Shown here one piece after another: positions 36,476 to 46,182 of a DNA stretch of 64,000 nt; positions within the stretch are counted from its first letter, which is position 1; the number at the start of each line of letters is the position of its first letter. Under the pieces are notes generated by a model. That model was not told the origin of the DNA, ran no database searches, and saw only the letters and a list, made by a program, of their open reading frames with translations. This stretch comes from an uncultured Coriobacteriaceae bacterium (GTDB taxonomy: Bacteria > Actinomycetota > Coriobacteriia > Coriobacteriales > Eggerthellaceae), in assembly GCA_900550055.1 (NCBI GenBank), contig URQU01000003.1, positions 15,661 to 79,660 on the forward strand, given 5' to 3'. A program made the translations under genes and the position numbers.

Positions 36476-39001
36476 CTACCGTCTGCCGGTGAGCTCCCAG
36501 TCCCAGATATACTCCTCGACCTGCTCGGCGAGATGGAGCGGGGCGGGAAGGTTCACCCTCATATCGTTCTTGTAGAGCTGCACCATGCAGCCGCGCAGGG
36601 CCTCGGCGTATTTGACGCTGGCAAGCGCCTCGGCCTCGCCACCGGGCGACAGAAGGCAGTACTCGTTGATCGTCTTCTCGCAGAACGCCGCGGTGGGCGA
36701 ATCGTACTTCGATCCGCGTGCGGACCATTTGTACTGGGCGTCGCCCGGTCGCGGGGCCAACGCGAGGAAGTAGCCGTCCATCTTGAAGAGTCCCTGCTTG
36801 TCGCGCCTGTTCGGCACGGTGCCGTCGTCTGCGCCGCCCGCGGCCACCTCGTCCGTGAACCAGTCGGGGACCTCGCCGTTGAGACCGGAGCGTATACGCA
36901 GGATGCGCAGCTTGCTGCCCGCGAGGCCAAGCGGCTCCTCATAACCGGTCGGTCCGTAGCTCAAGGGTCCCGACTCGAGGCCGGAGTCGCTGATGCCGGG
37001 CCACCAGTCTCTCTGGCGGATGCGGCCGTAGGAGTTGACGAGGAGGAGTTCCGGCCTGTCGCCGGTGGCGCGGACTATGCCGTGGAGCATCCTCTTCAGG
37101 GCCATTCCGTTTGCCCGCTTGCAGGAGTCCGGAAAGCCCTCGGAACCGCTCAGCCGGGCGAACTCGATGAGGGCGCGCCAGTACGGTAGGCTTCCGTCAG
37201 GTAGGAGGGGGCAGTACACGGTGACGGCACCGCTTCTCATGTCCTGTCGGACGCAATAGGGGAAGCTCGCACGCGCCTTGCCGTTGCCGGAGTTGTAGAC
37301 CTTCAACCCTATCGCCGGGATCGAGGTATCGATGCCGCGCGAATTGCGTGCCGGTTCGGGTACGAAACCGAGCTGGCGCATGAGGTCGCGGACGGCGACG
37401 CGCGCGCGGATCTCGGGACTGTCCTTCGAGTCCTCGGGTTCGATGAATTGGGTCAGGCGCCCGGTTTTCGCGAACGCGATGCGCAGGGCGCGCTTGGGGT
37501 CTCCGCCGTCGTCTTTGCCCTTGGGCTTGTAGCTCTCGGCGCCCGGCAGGGCCACTATGCACGCGGTCGGGTCGGTCGCCTCGGGAAGCGCGGCGGCGAC
37601 TTTGCGCCAGCGGATCTTCGCCTGGCTGTCGCCGGTATTCTCCATGCGGTTCAGGAGGTCGTTTGCCGGGATGTTATCGATCTCGACCTCGAAGCCGTCG
37701 ACGGCCCCCTCCCCACCGAGAAAGCGGGAGATCTCGGCCCTTGCCATATCGAGGAGCCGGGCATCGTCCTGGTTGCCGATCAGCTGGAATACGGCCCTGT
37801 CCCTGCCGGTGCAGTGGGCGAGTCTGGCGCGGTTGGCCCGGCCCCAGGTCTCCTGTCTCGCCCGTGCGCTGACGGGGTCCTTGTCCCAATCCGCCTGCCT
37901 GGGTTCCTCTATGGACGCCTTGAGATGGGTCAGTTGAAGCGAGTCGAGCGCACCGACGGGCTCCGCGATATCTTTGAGCCGAGCCGCGACGGCCTCGAAG
38001 AACATGGCCTTGTCGATGACGGATGCCCCGCTTGCGACCGAAGGCTTCGATGCCCAGGAGGCGGTCATCGCGTAGGGGGATAGGATCTGCGGCTGCGAGC
38101 CGTCGCGGGCGTACCTGCCCATGTCCTCAAGATACTCGCGGACTGCGGGCAATCCGGTCCCGCTGGCGAACTCGTAGTTCGCCAGGGCCGCGGGGTCCCA
38201 GGCCAAGTCGCGCTTCTGTTTGTCGTAGCCGTAGGGGACGACGCGGAGCGTGCCGCCTTCCGTGCGGACGTAGGCGTTGACATCGTGTTTGAGGAACGGG
38301 TCGTCCTGCCATGGCTTGCCGATGAAGCGGCGGACGGCGACATCCATGTTGAGCCTTGCCTTGCGGCCGACCGGCAGCGTCTCGACGTGGAATCTGAGGG
38401 CGAACGCCCACGGGTCCTCCTTGTGCCAGTGGATATCGGAAATCAGCTCGTAGACGTTTCCGTTTCCGCGTGAGACTCTGCTGAAGTTCTCGACCATGCC
38501 GTTGGCGAGTTCGAGGGGGATGTCGGCGATGGCGTCGGCGACTTGCGCGGAGAATGCGGGGAAGGTGAGCCTGCCCGTGGGACGGCCGTCGCCGCTGAAC
38601 AGGCGGATCTCTTCGCCACGCACGGCCTCTTCGAACGTCTCGGGGTGCAGCATCCCCATCACCTTGCGGTAGGCGGGGGATTGGGTATCGATGTCCTTGC
38701 GGGAGGAGATCCAGACCGCGATGACGTTGCATAGCTTCGCGAGATCAATGGGGGCGAGGGCGATAAGCCAGCTGTCGGTATGTACGTTGGGGCGTACGGG
38801 ATTCAGCTCGACGGCCCGGTCGAGCCAGCAGCGCAGGTCGTCCTTGAGGACTTTGGTGTTGAGGTAGCCGCCCTCTTTCCTCGGGGGCATGAGCGTGAAG
38901 AGGGCGTCGCGCAGGCTGTCGGGCAAGCCGACGACGTGCACGGTCGTCTTGGTGTCGAGAACGGGTGCGAATGACATGAGGTGCAGCTTAGAGTCCGACA
39001 T
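36476..39001 (-). CDS. large (842 aa) protein, candidate pPIWI-RE-type (prokaryotic PIWI/Argonaute-like) component of a three-gene conflict system
   Basis: The start is placed at MSDSKLHLMSF (ATG 39001), with an AGGAAAGGAA RBS and a 14-nt overlap with the upstream helicase stop. Size, operon position (after a REase and a DinG-type helicase) and lack of other recognisable enzymatic motifs fit pPIWI-RE. The PIWI fold itself is not verifiable by eye. Confidence 0.5.
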   Translation of the reverse strand: MSDSKLHLMSFAPVLDTKTTVHVVGLPDSLRDALFTLMPPRKEGGYLNTKVLKDDLRCWLDRAVELNPVRPNVHTDSWLIALAPIDLAKLCNVIAVWISSRKDIDTQSPAYRKVMGMLHPETFEEAVRGEEIRLFSGDGRPTGRLTFPAFSAQVADAIADIPLELANGMVENFSRVSRGNGNVYELISDIHWHKEDPWAFALRFHVETLPVGRKARLNMDVAVRRFIGKPWQDDPFLKHDVNAYVRTEGGTLRVVPYGYDKQKRDLAWDPAALANYEFASGTGLPAVREYLEDMGRYARDGSQPQILSPYAMTASWASKPSVASGASVIDKAMFFEAVAARLKDIAEPVGALDSLQLTHLKASIEEPRQADWDKDPVSARARQETWGRANRARLAHCTGRDRAVFQLIGNQDDARLLDMARAEISRFLGGEGAVDGFEVEIDNIPANDLLNRMENTGDSQAKIRWRKVAAALPEATDPTACIVALPGAESYKPKGKDDGGDPKRALRIAFAKTGRLTQFIEPEDSKDSPEIRARVAVRDLMRQLGFVPEPARNSRGIDTSIPAIGLKVYNSGNGKARASFPYCVRQDMRSGAVTVYCPLLPDGSLPYWRALIEFARLSGSEGFPDSCKRANGMALKRMLHGIVRATGDRPELLLVNSYGRIRQRDWWPGISDSGLESGPLSYGPTGYEEPLGLAGSKLRILRIRSGLNGEVPDWFTDEVAAGGADDGTVPNRRDKQGLFKMDGYFLALAPRPGDAQYKWSARGSKYDSPTAAFCEKTINEYCLLSPGGEAEALASVKYAEALRGCMVQLYKNDMRVNLPAPLHLAEQVEEYIWDWELTGRR

Positions 39002-42000
39002 TTCCGATTCCTTTCCTGAATGACTCGTAGAACGGCCCGTAGAGGGCTTTGGCGACCTCCGGCTGGTCGCTATCGTGCATGAGGCGTTCCATGTAGGCGC
39101 CGAGCTCTTCCAGGGTCCTGAACGAGAGCTTCCCGTCGCCGCCGCGGAAGGCCGCATCGGCGAAATAGACATGCGGCGCGGGCCTCTCCTTATCGGCAAG
39201 CCTCGCCAGGCGTCCGAATATCTGGATGATCGTGACCATGAGCGTGGAGATCGCGTCGTCTACGAGGAATTGCCTGCCCATGGTCCTCCATGCGCCCATG
39301 GGAAGGTTCTCGTCCCGCTCCATGGTCTTCCATGTGCGCCAGGCGGAGGCCCTGACCTCGGTCGCGAACTCCCCGGGATTGGCCGGGAAGTCGCCGACCT
39401 CCCTTTCGATGAGGCCGTTGAGTTTGCGGTATCGCCCGCCGAGGTCGTGCGGTGTGCCCATCGGCCGCACCGAGAAGATGAGGCTCGTGAACACGGCATG
39501 GCCGCCGCGGTCGACGATATTGAAGCCGCGCTCGATGGCCATGGCCGGCGCCACGAGCACTTTGGCCGGATGGTCGCAGAACTTGTAGACTTCGCTCCGG
39601 GGCACGAAGTGCTCCCTGTGGTCGTGGTTGTTGCGCACCAGGGCCGCGACCTTGATTGCCTGGCCCTTGCGTCGGAACTCTTGCTCGATGCGGTCGCGTG
39701 CGTCCTCGGCCTCCCGGTAGCTGTTCACGATGACCAGGGCCTTTCCCGCGCCATCCGCGTCGAGTTCGTCCCTCAGCGTGGCCATGGTCTGCGATAGGAC
39801 GATGCCGAGGTTGCCGGAACGCATCTCGGCGGCGCTGCCGGACACGTTCTGCTCGATGCCGAGGTCCCTCACGGTCGAGGTGGAGAGCTTGGCCGCCTTC
39901 CACGGCTCCGCCTCGAGGAGGTAGTCGACCGGCCTGTTCACGTGGTATTGCAGGCAGCCGGGCTCCCAGCTCGAACCGGAGAGCAGGAGCACGTGCGGCC
40001 CCAGCGCCGCCCCGGCGGGGTCGGTATCGAGCCAGGGCAGCGAGCACATGAAGGCCCGCCCGAAGGCGAACTGCCGGAAAAGCCTGAGGTCGTTGCCGTC
40101 GAGCTTCATCCCGAAGATGTTGCCGATCAGCGAGTTGGGGAGATAGTGCTGCTGGCGCGTGTAGCTGAACTTGAGGAAGTTGTACAGCTCGTCGACGGAA
40201 TCGTCCTTGAAGCTGAGGAGGTCCTGCGCGGAGGCGAGTTCGCGCAGGTACGAGTCGAACCGGATGACCTTGAGGGCGAAGGAGAACCTGGTCCGCAGCT
40301 CGTCGGGAAGCTCCGAGCATCCGCATGCAGCGAGGTATTCGTTCAACGAGTAGCTGTGGGTGTCGTCGTCGATGCCCTCGCAGGAGGTCGCGACCGCCTG
40401 CGAGAGCTTGTTGAGGGCCGCGTCGCCGCCATCGAGGCTCTTCTTGGCAATCTCGAATCTATAGGGGTTGATGAGTTTGTCGGCATCCTCGTAAACCTGT
40501 TTGGGAAGGCCCTGCTCCAGGAGGTCGTTCAGAAGCGAGAGTGACGTGAACGCCTCGTCCTTGACGATGCGCCATTTCGCCACGCGGTCGTCCCTGACGG
40601 ATTTGAGCAGCGCCTTCGCGACGGGCTCGGATTTCTGGCGCAGGTCATAGAAAAGCTCCTCGTTGAAGTCCCTCATCTTGTCGTCCGGGCGCCGCTTCAT
40701 GGCTACGGCTGTCGGGTCGGCGGCGTTGCGGATGAGCTCCTGGAAGCTCATGCTCGGGGCGAAGCAGCCGTCGAGCTGCGCCTGCACGCGGTCCGCCTCA
40801 TCGAACAGGACGACGTCGAACTGCTGAAGAGCCTCCTCGAAGAATGCCTTGCGCTCCCTTCCGACGATCATGGTGGCGAAGCCGGTGGGAGTCGTGACCA
40901 CGACGTCGGATGTCAGGGACTCGCGGGCCATGGCCTGCGATGGGCACACGTCCCAGTACGGGCATGAGTTCGCGCCGCCCTTCTTGGACCGGAGGCCGCG
41001 GCATGGCGTGCTGCCGTATCCGCAGGCCTCGGGATCGGAAGAGGAGAGCCCGTCCATGATGCAGGCGGTCTCCAGGTATTTGGATGCGGAATGGTCGAGG
41101 AGCATGGAGTCATCGTGGTCGAAGAACTCGTCGAGCCGTTCGATGCGCCTGCCGCGCGACACCAGGGGCGAGGCGCTGATTCCCGCCTCGCGAAGCAGGA
41201 CGACGCTTTCCATCACGTCCGATACCGAGTTGAGCAGGGATACCGCGCGCAGGCCGCGCTTCGCGAGGCAGACGATGAGCATGTTGGCGAGGACGGACTT
41301 GCCGGCGCCGACGAGGCCGACGAGGCTCACGACCTCATCGAGGCGCAGGCCGTCAGCGACGGATGTGCTGCCGCCGCGGGCCCGCTTGAGGAGCCCCTGG
41401 TCCTTGACCCTTCTGAGCACGGCGGCGTAGTGGGTCTTCCCGGTCTTCTCCCCGACTTCGTCCGCGGTCGAGATGAGCTCGTCGAGGGTGATATCGATGG
41501 GCGGGCGCCTGCTCTTGCGGGGGATATCGTCAATCTTGCCCGTTTGGGGCGGCACGGCATCGGGTATGGTCACCCAACGGATCGATCCGGTTACCGTGGT
41601 ATCGCCGGTCGCCTCGGGCTTGCATGTGTAGGAATACCGTCCTTTGGGTCTCGCGACCACGTTTTTATGGGAGAGTTTGACATCGCCGAGGAGGCGGTCT
41701 ATATAGATCGGCATGCGGTCGATCCCGGTAAGGGGGTGCTCGCGCAGGGCCATTCCGCCGTTGGCGATATCGAAGAACCGGTACCGCTCATATTCCGCGC
41801 GCTCGTAGAGGCCCAGCAGTCGCCGCCAGGCCGTGGATGAAGCCAGCGAGAACAGGTGTCGGCGCGCCATCTGCATGAGGTGGCCGTCCGCGCCGATGGT
41901 CTCGGGCCTGATGAGCTGGTAGTTCGATAGGAGCCTGTCGGCCTTTCGGGGATCGGCGCCGGGACCGCATACGCGTACCGCGAGCGCGAGCAGCGACTCC

Positions 42001-42110
42001 ACATTCAGGAACTCGTCGAGGGATAGGTCGCTGTCCTCGGGATAGCGCACCTCGAGATTGCGCTTCAGCTGGTCGAAGCCTTCCTGGGCTGTATCATTCG
42101 GCTCGCTCAT
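38988..42110 (-). CDS. DinG/XPD-type (Rad3-like) SF2 helicase with an Fe-S cluster insertion
   Basis: The start is placed at MSEPNDTAQ (ATG 42110, ATGA-coupled to the upstream gene). Walker A is GLVGAGKS and the DEAD-like box is VLFDEADR. The four-Cys module CIMDG ... CGYGSTPC ... SCPYWDVCP is typical of XPD/DinG Fe-S domains. Confidence 0.7.
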   Translation of the reverse strand: MSEPNDTAQEGFDQLKRNLEVRYPEDSDLSLDEFLNVESLLALAVRVCGPGADPRKADRLLSNYQLIRPETIGADGHLMQMARRHLFSLASSTAWRRLLGLYERAEYERYRFFDIANGGMALREHPLTGIDRMPIYIDRLLGDVKLSHKNVVARPKGRYSYTCKPEATGDTTVTGSIRWVTIPDAVPPQTGKIDDIPRKSRRPPIDITLDELISTADEVGEKTGKTHYAAVLRRVKDQGLLKRARGGSTSVADGLRLDEVVSLVGLVGAGKSVLANMLIVCLAKRGLRAVSLLNSVSDVMESVVLLREAGISASPLVSRGRRIERLDEFFDHDDSMLLDHSASKYLETACIMDGLSSSDPEACGYGSTPCRGLRSKKGGANSCPYWDVCPSQAMARESLTSDVVVTTPTGFATMIVGRERKAFFEEALQQFDVVLFDEADRVQAQLDGCFAPSMSFQELIRNAADPTAVAMKRRPDDKMRDFNEELFYDLRQKSEPVAKALLKSVRDDRVAKWRIVKDEAFTSLSLLNDLLEQGLPKQVYEDADKLINPYRFEIAKKSLDGGDAALNKLSQAVATSCEGIDDDTHSYSLNEYLAACGCSELPDELRTRFSFALKVIRFDSYLRELASAQDLLSFKDDSVDELYNFLKFSYTRQQHYLPNSLIGNIFGMKLDGNDLRLFRQFAFGRAFMCSLPWLDTDPAGAALGPHVLLLSGSSWEPGCLQYHVNRPVDYLLEAEPWKAAKLSTSTVRDLGIEQNVSGSAAEMRSGNLGIVLSQTMATLRDELDADGAGKALVIVNSYREAEDARDRIEQEFRRKGQAIKVAALVRNNHDHREHFVPRSEVYKFCDHPAKVLVAPAMAIERGFNIVDRGGHAVFTSLIFSVRPMGTPHDLGGRYRKLNGLIEREVGDFPANPGEFATEVRASAWRTWKTMERDENLPMGAWRTMGRQFLVDDAISTLMVTIIQIFGRLARLADKERPAPHVYFADAAFRGGDGKLSFRTLEELGAYMERLMHDSDQPEVAKALYGPFYESFRKGIGNVGL

Positions 42111-43309
42111 CGCGTGCCTCCCTTCGCGGCGGCATCGAGTCGTTTCGAGAAGTTGCGCAGCGTTTCGCATGAATAGCCGGTCTTGCCGCGCAGGACGGCA
42201 TTGCATAGCGCGCGATATCCGGGATGGTCCCGTTCGACTTGGTCCGGCACGACATAGGCCACCTCGTCCGCGCACATCTGGGCGATGCCGGTGTCGTCCT
42301 CTATCTCGCGGGCAAGCCGCTCGGCGCGGCCGTATGCCTTGGCGTCGACGGCAAGCTGTCGGCCGTCCGGCAGATGGATCAGGATGTCGCAGGTGTCCTT
42401 GAGGGGCCACATTTCGTATTTCAGACCGAGGCCCGCTGCGGCCTCGGCGATCGCCAGCTCGAGCTTTCCGGGGGAAGAGATGTAGTGCATGACGCCGCGG
42501 GATAGGCGGAAGGCGTCGTGCGCGACGCTGTCCAGCTTGTCGAAATCGCCTGTGACGGCCTTGGCGCACGTCGCCGATGAGCAGTGGGGCTGCTTGCCTC
42601 GCATGGTCATCGTCCAGCCGCAATTCGGGCATACTTTTGCGGCGCCCGGGACGGGTTCGTAGGCCATGGAGACGAATTCCTGCAACCACACCGGGTCGAT
42701 GGTGTCGGCTTCGCCCTGGTCGAGGGGGTCGGGGTCGCCCAGGGCGAGCCCCGTCTTGATCCTGACGTATTCGTTCCAGGTGAGCAGCGGGTGGCGGATG
42801 AGCATCCTGCGTCCGTACACGTATTGCTCCTGGGTGCCGGCTCGGAGGAATTCATACACCCTGCGTTCCTGATGGCCGCCCAAGAGGTCGTTTTCCGCAA
42901 AGCGCAGCACCTCGTAGCATTCCGACGTCGCGGCGAAGTAGTCGCCGTCTACTGACGCCAGGGGCCCGATCTCGATGGACCGGCACCCTTCGACGGCTTC
43001 CCTGCACTCGTCGCGCCACCGGGCCGTCCACTCGCGCACGTCTGACGCTGCGCTGTTCCTGATGAAATCGGACTCATTGAACGTCGGCAGCAGCTCTTCC
43101 GCATCGTCGGAACACTCAGCGCACAGCGCGGCGAGGATATTCATGCCGTGTCTGAATGCCTGGCTGTAGGGATACCTATGCGGGTCGGCCTCGTAGAGGC
43201 CGTCCTTCTCGGCGATGCCGTATGCGATGAGGAATACGGCGGTCTCGAAGCGGTTGGCGATATCGCGGGCTTTGCCGGCGGCTTCGGCCGCGGCGATCGG
43301 GTCGGACAT
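42107..43309 (-). CDS. restriction-endonuclease-fold (PD-(D/E)xK) protein with a Zn ribbon, first gene of the operon
   Basis: The start is placed at MSDPIAAAEAAGKA (ATG 43309, AGAGGTGG RBS). The Zn ribbon is CPNCGWTMTMRGKQPHCSSATC. The C-terminal ILIHLPDGRQLAVDAKAYG gives a PD...D-x-K core. Confidence 0.6.
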   Translation of the reverse strand: MSDPIAAAEAAGKARDIANRFETAVFLIAYGIAEKDGLYEADPHRYPYSQAFRHGMNILAALCAECSDDAEELLPTFNESDFIRNSAASDVREWTARWRDECREAVEGCRSIEIGPLASVDGDYFAATSECYEVLRFAENDLLGGHQERRVYEFLRAGTQEQYVYGRRMLIRHPLLTWNEYVRIKTGLALGDPDPLDQGEADTIDPVWLQEFVSMAYEPVPGAAKVCPNCGWTMTMRGKQPHCSSATCAKAVTGDFDKLDSVAHDAFRLSRGVMHYISSPGKLELAIAEAAAGLGLKYEMWPLKDTCDILIHLPDGRQLAVDAKAYGRAERLAREIEDDTGIAQMCADEVAYVVPDQVERDHPGYRALCNAVLRGKTGYSCETLRNFSKRLDAAAKGGTR

Positions 43310-43495
43310 GGACCACCTCTTTATTGGAATTGGCATACACAGCAGCTTTGATACCCGCCCCCGCCGCGCTTTACACGCCCCTACCGAAACTCGACGGATA
43401 AAAATGCCCCTGCACCGGCTCGAATCGAGTGAAAGACTTCCCGCGCACGGGGTAGAAAAAGCTGGGACGGCACGCATCCGCGCGAAGGGTTTGAC

Positions 43496-44320
43496 ATGTC
43501 TAGGGTGGCTTACGGGCAAAAGGGATACATCGGCGCCTCCATGAGCGCGAACGCGCGGGCGGCCTACGAGGCGGGGGAGATGCCCCGCTCGAAATGGACC
43601 AAGGCGGCGATCCTCGGCGCCTTGAGGGGCTACTGCGATGAGATGGACCTGCTCTACGACCCCGCGGTCGAGTCCGAGACCAGGGCCGCGCTCTTCGACC
43701 AGTTCATCGCCTACTCGTCCTGGCACCACACCGGCGCCTACGCCCGCGAGACGGAGTTCTTCGCCCTGGACGAGGCCGCCGTGATCGGGGCGTTCCGCGA
43801 GCTCGGGCCCGAGGAGGCGGCCGAGCGCGACCGGATCCGGGCGCAGGCTGCGGCCCGGGTGCAGGAGGCGGAACGGCATCGGAGGGAAGCGGAATGCCTA
43901 TTCGAGTACCGCTTCTCCTGCTCCCCATATAGCGCCATGGCGTACGAGGCGTTCCATCCCGAGCTGTGCGAGCGCCGCGTGAGCAAACGCAGGAAGCAGG
44001 AGCTCGTCGTGTACCGGCTGCCGGACGGCAGCGAGCCGTCGGGCTATGCGGAGATGTCCGTCCCGGCGGACTATGCGGACAGCAGCCATGTGGTGCCGTC
44101 GGTTTTCATATCCGGCACGGGCGGGGATCGCGCGTGGCGCGATATCGACTTCGACGAGGCCGAGCGGAAATTCGCAGCGGCGGCGAGAAGGGCCGCGGCC
44201 TTTCGCGAGGGGAGACCGAAGCTCATGCAGGACGAGGCCAGGCGCGCTGCGATACGTGAGACTCGGCACCGCGTCTGCACCGCCCCCATTTTGAAGAGCA
44301 TAAAGGAGATTCACAGGTGA
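43496..44320 (+). CDS. hypothetical protein, divergent from the three-gene operon
   Basis: It is 274 aa. A TTGACA hexamer sits at its start region (gggTTTGACATGtct). Confidence 0.5.
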   Translation: MSRVAYGQKGYIGASMSANARAAYEAGEMPRSKWTKAAILGALRGYCDEMDLLYDPAVESETRAALFDQFIAYSSWHHTGAYARETEFFALDEAAVIGAFRELGPEEAAERDRIRAQAAARVQEAERHRREAECLFEYRFSCSPYSAMAYEAFHPELCERRVSKRRKQELVVYRLPDGSEPSGYAEMSVPADYADSSHVVPSVFISGTGGDRAWRDIDFDEAERKFAAAARRAAAFREGRPKLMQDEARRAAIRETRHRVCTAPILKSIKEIHR

Positions 44321-44874
44321 CGGGGAAGAATGTCTATACGATGACGGCGATGACGAGGCGAGCGTTCGTGGGCCTCGCGGTCATGGCGGCGCAGGCCGGA
44401 CTCGCGGGCTGCGTGAGGAACGGGGCGCCGGACGCCGGCTCCTCCGACGGCGGCGCCGGGAAGTCGGGCGATGCCGGCACCTCGTCGCCGTTCGCGCCGC
44501 AGCAGTCCGCCCAGGCGTCCGTGGACGGCATCTCGATCGACCGCGTGACGATCGAGGAAGGCACGGGGCCGGACGGCAAGCCGTTCCGCTACATCCGGGT
44601 TGCCTATACCTTCGAGAACGTCACGGACTCGGACGCTGTCGCACCCTATACCGATATCAACGCATACCAGGACGGGATCAAGCTCGACAGGTCCTACAAG
44701 GTGCAGGACCAGCGGGCGCAGAAGCAGATCGAGCCGGGCGGGAAATTGAAGTCGTTCACGGCGTTCGCCCCCGATTCTGAGACGGTTCCGGTCACGGTCA
44801 AGGTGATGGCGCCCGGCGAGAAGGAGCCGAGGTCGGAGCGATGCTACTGCATCGTGAACCCGGGCCTGCAATAG
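44317..44874 (+). CDS. secreted lipoprotein, hypothetical
   Basis: It has a Tat-like/lipobox N-terminus RRAFVGLAVMAAQAGLAGC. The ATG at 44341 is the likely start. Confidence 0.55.
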   Translation: MTGKNVYTMTAMTRRAFVGLAVMAAQAGLAGCVRNGAPDAGSSDGGAGKSGDAGTSSPFAPQQSAQASVDGISIDRVTIEEGTGPDGKPFRYIRVAYTFENVTDSDAVAPYTDINAYQDGIKLDRSYKVQDQRAQKQIEPGGKLKSFTAFAPDSETVPVTVKVMAPGEKEPRSERCYCIVNPGLQ

Positions 44875-44919
44875 GCCGCCCCGCTCGCACGTCCACACAT
44901 ATATGTATATGCGCGTCTA

Positions 44920-44952
44920 TGCGTTTACGTACATGCGCATATGGGTAGACTC
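44920..44952 (+). promoter_or_regulatory. element promoter-motif copy 2 (TTTACG, 16 nt, TAGACT)
   Basis: The sequence is cgTTTACGtacatgcgcatatgggTAGACTc. Confidence 0.5.
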
Positions 44953-44980
44953 ACATCGAGTAGAGACGAAACGGGAGGGG

Positions 44981-45412
44981 ATGGTCCGCATGGCGCCGTT
45001 CATCAGTGAAAATATCGACCTGGTTCCTTGCATGGCCATGGCATTCAACGCGGCGATTGCGACCATGGGTTTTCTGAAAATGGTTGCATGGACCGAGCAC
45101 GGCATGTCGTCGAGGATGTCCAGATACATCGACAGGTTCGGCAAGATGGGCATCGACCGCGAGATTTTGGAGGTCTATGCGCGATCGTATCTCGACGAGT
45201 CGCGCAACGCGCTCATCTGCTGGATCGTTGGCCTCGCCATCACCATGGCTGTGGGGATTGTCATCTGGGCCCACGACGTCGGCGCGGCAGTCCTCCTGAC
45301 ATCCGTGGTCGCGGCGGCGGTATCGATCAGGTGCATCGTCATGGCAGTGAGGGATGTGGCGGATATCCGCGACGTCCTGGCCGAAACCGACCTAGGCACC
45401 CCGACCGCGTGA
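44981..45412 (+). CDS. small membrane protein, hypothetical
   Basis: A GGGAGGGG RBS is upstream. It has two hydrophobic helices. The start is 44981 or 44990. Confidence 0.45.
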   Translation: MVRMAPFISENIDLVPCMAMAFNAAIATMGFLKMVAWTEHGMSSRMSRYIDRFGKMGIDREILEVYARSYLDESRNALICWIVGLAITMAVGIVIWAHDVGAAVLLTSVVAAAVSIRCIVMAVRDVADIRDVLAETDLGTPTA

Positions 45413-46182
45413 TTTGCCCTGGCATCCAATCAATAGGGACAAGCAGATATTCAGAAGGGACTCGATATGGGTATGCAAAGCTATATGGCGACGGTATTTG
45501 TCGGCGAGCGTGAGATTGGCGGGCCTTTTGTAAACGGTGATTTTCGTTCAAGCCTGAACTTCGCGAGGCGAGAGCTTCGCGGATACCTGCGCCTGGCTGA
45601 GAGTATCTGACGGCAGGAAGTCATGGGTGGTCGCCGTCATGGCCTTCGTTGTGTAACCGCCCCGGCGCTTGATTTTGGCATCCTTACCGAGACGAAGGAT
45701 AGTGAGACCGCCACCGTGGAGTCCAGCTTTACCGTGACGTCGGCCTACACGGCCGAGGATTTCGTATCGGATACGCGAAGCTCGTTTCTTGCCTGCGTCA
45801 CCGAAGATTTAAGCGAGCAGGTCGCATCGGAGGCTGCAAGTCTCGTCGATGGTCAAATCGCGTCGATGTCGTGGTATAGGCGCTTCGAGATATGGAACGA
45901 CCTCGCATCTTACGACATATGCGGCGTTGCGAACGCCGATCATCTCATCGACGGGCTCGAGGAGCTTTCCGTCGCGCTCGCCGATGGCCGCGCGTTCGAC
46001 GCAAACGGTGGAAACCCCGTCTTCCATGCTTTTCACCGGGCCGAGCGGCAAAGTGGCGACAGAGAGTTACCTGTGCCTGCCAGGCGTACTCATCGACATC
46101 ATTGAGACAGGGGCTTCGGGCAACCGGAGCTCTTTTCTAATATGAGCCGGCACCTCCACGGTACCGGCCCAATAACGACTGC

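Noticed and set aside
42111-42689. N-terminal 193 codons of the naive helicase ORF (and 190 codons of the nuclease ORF at 43879-43310)
   Set aside because: The upstream in-frame extensions are Arg-rich and overlap neighbouring genes. Internal ATGs with an RBS and ATGA coupling give sensible protein N-termini.
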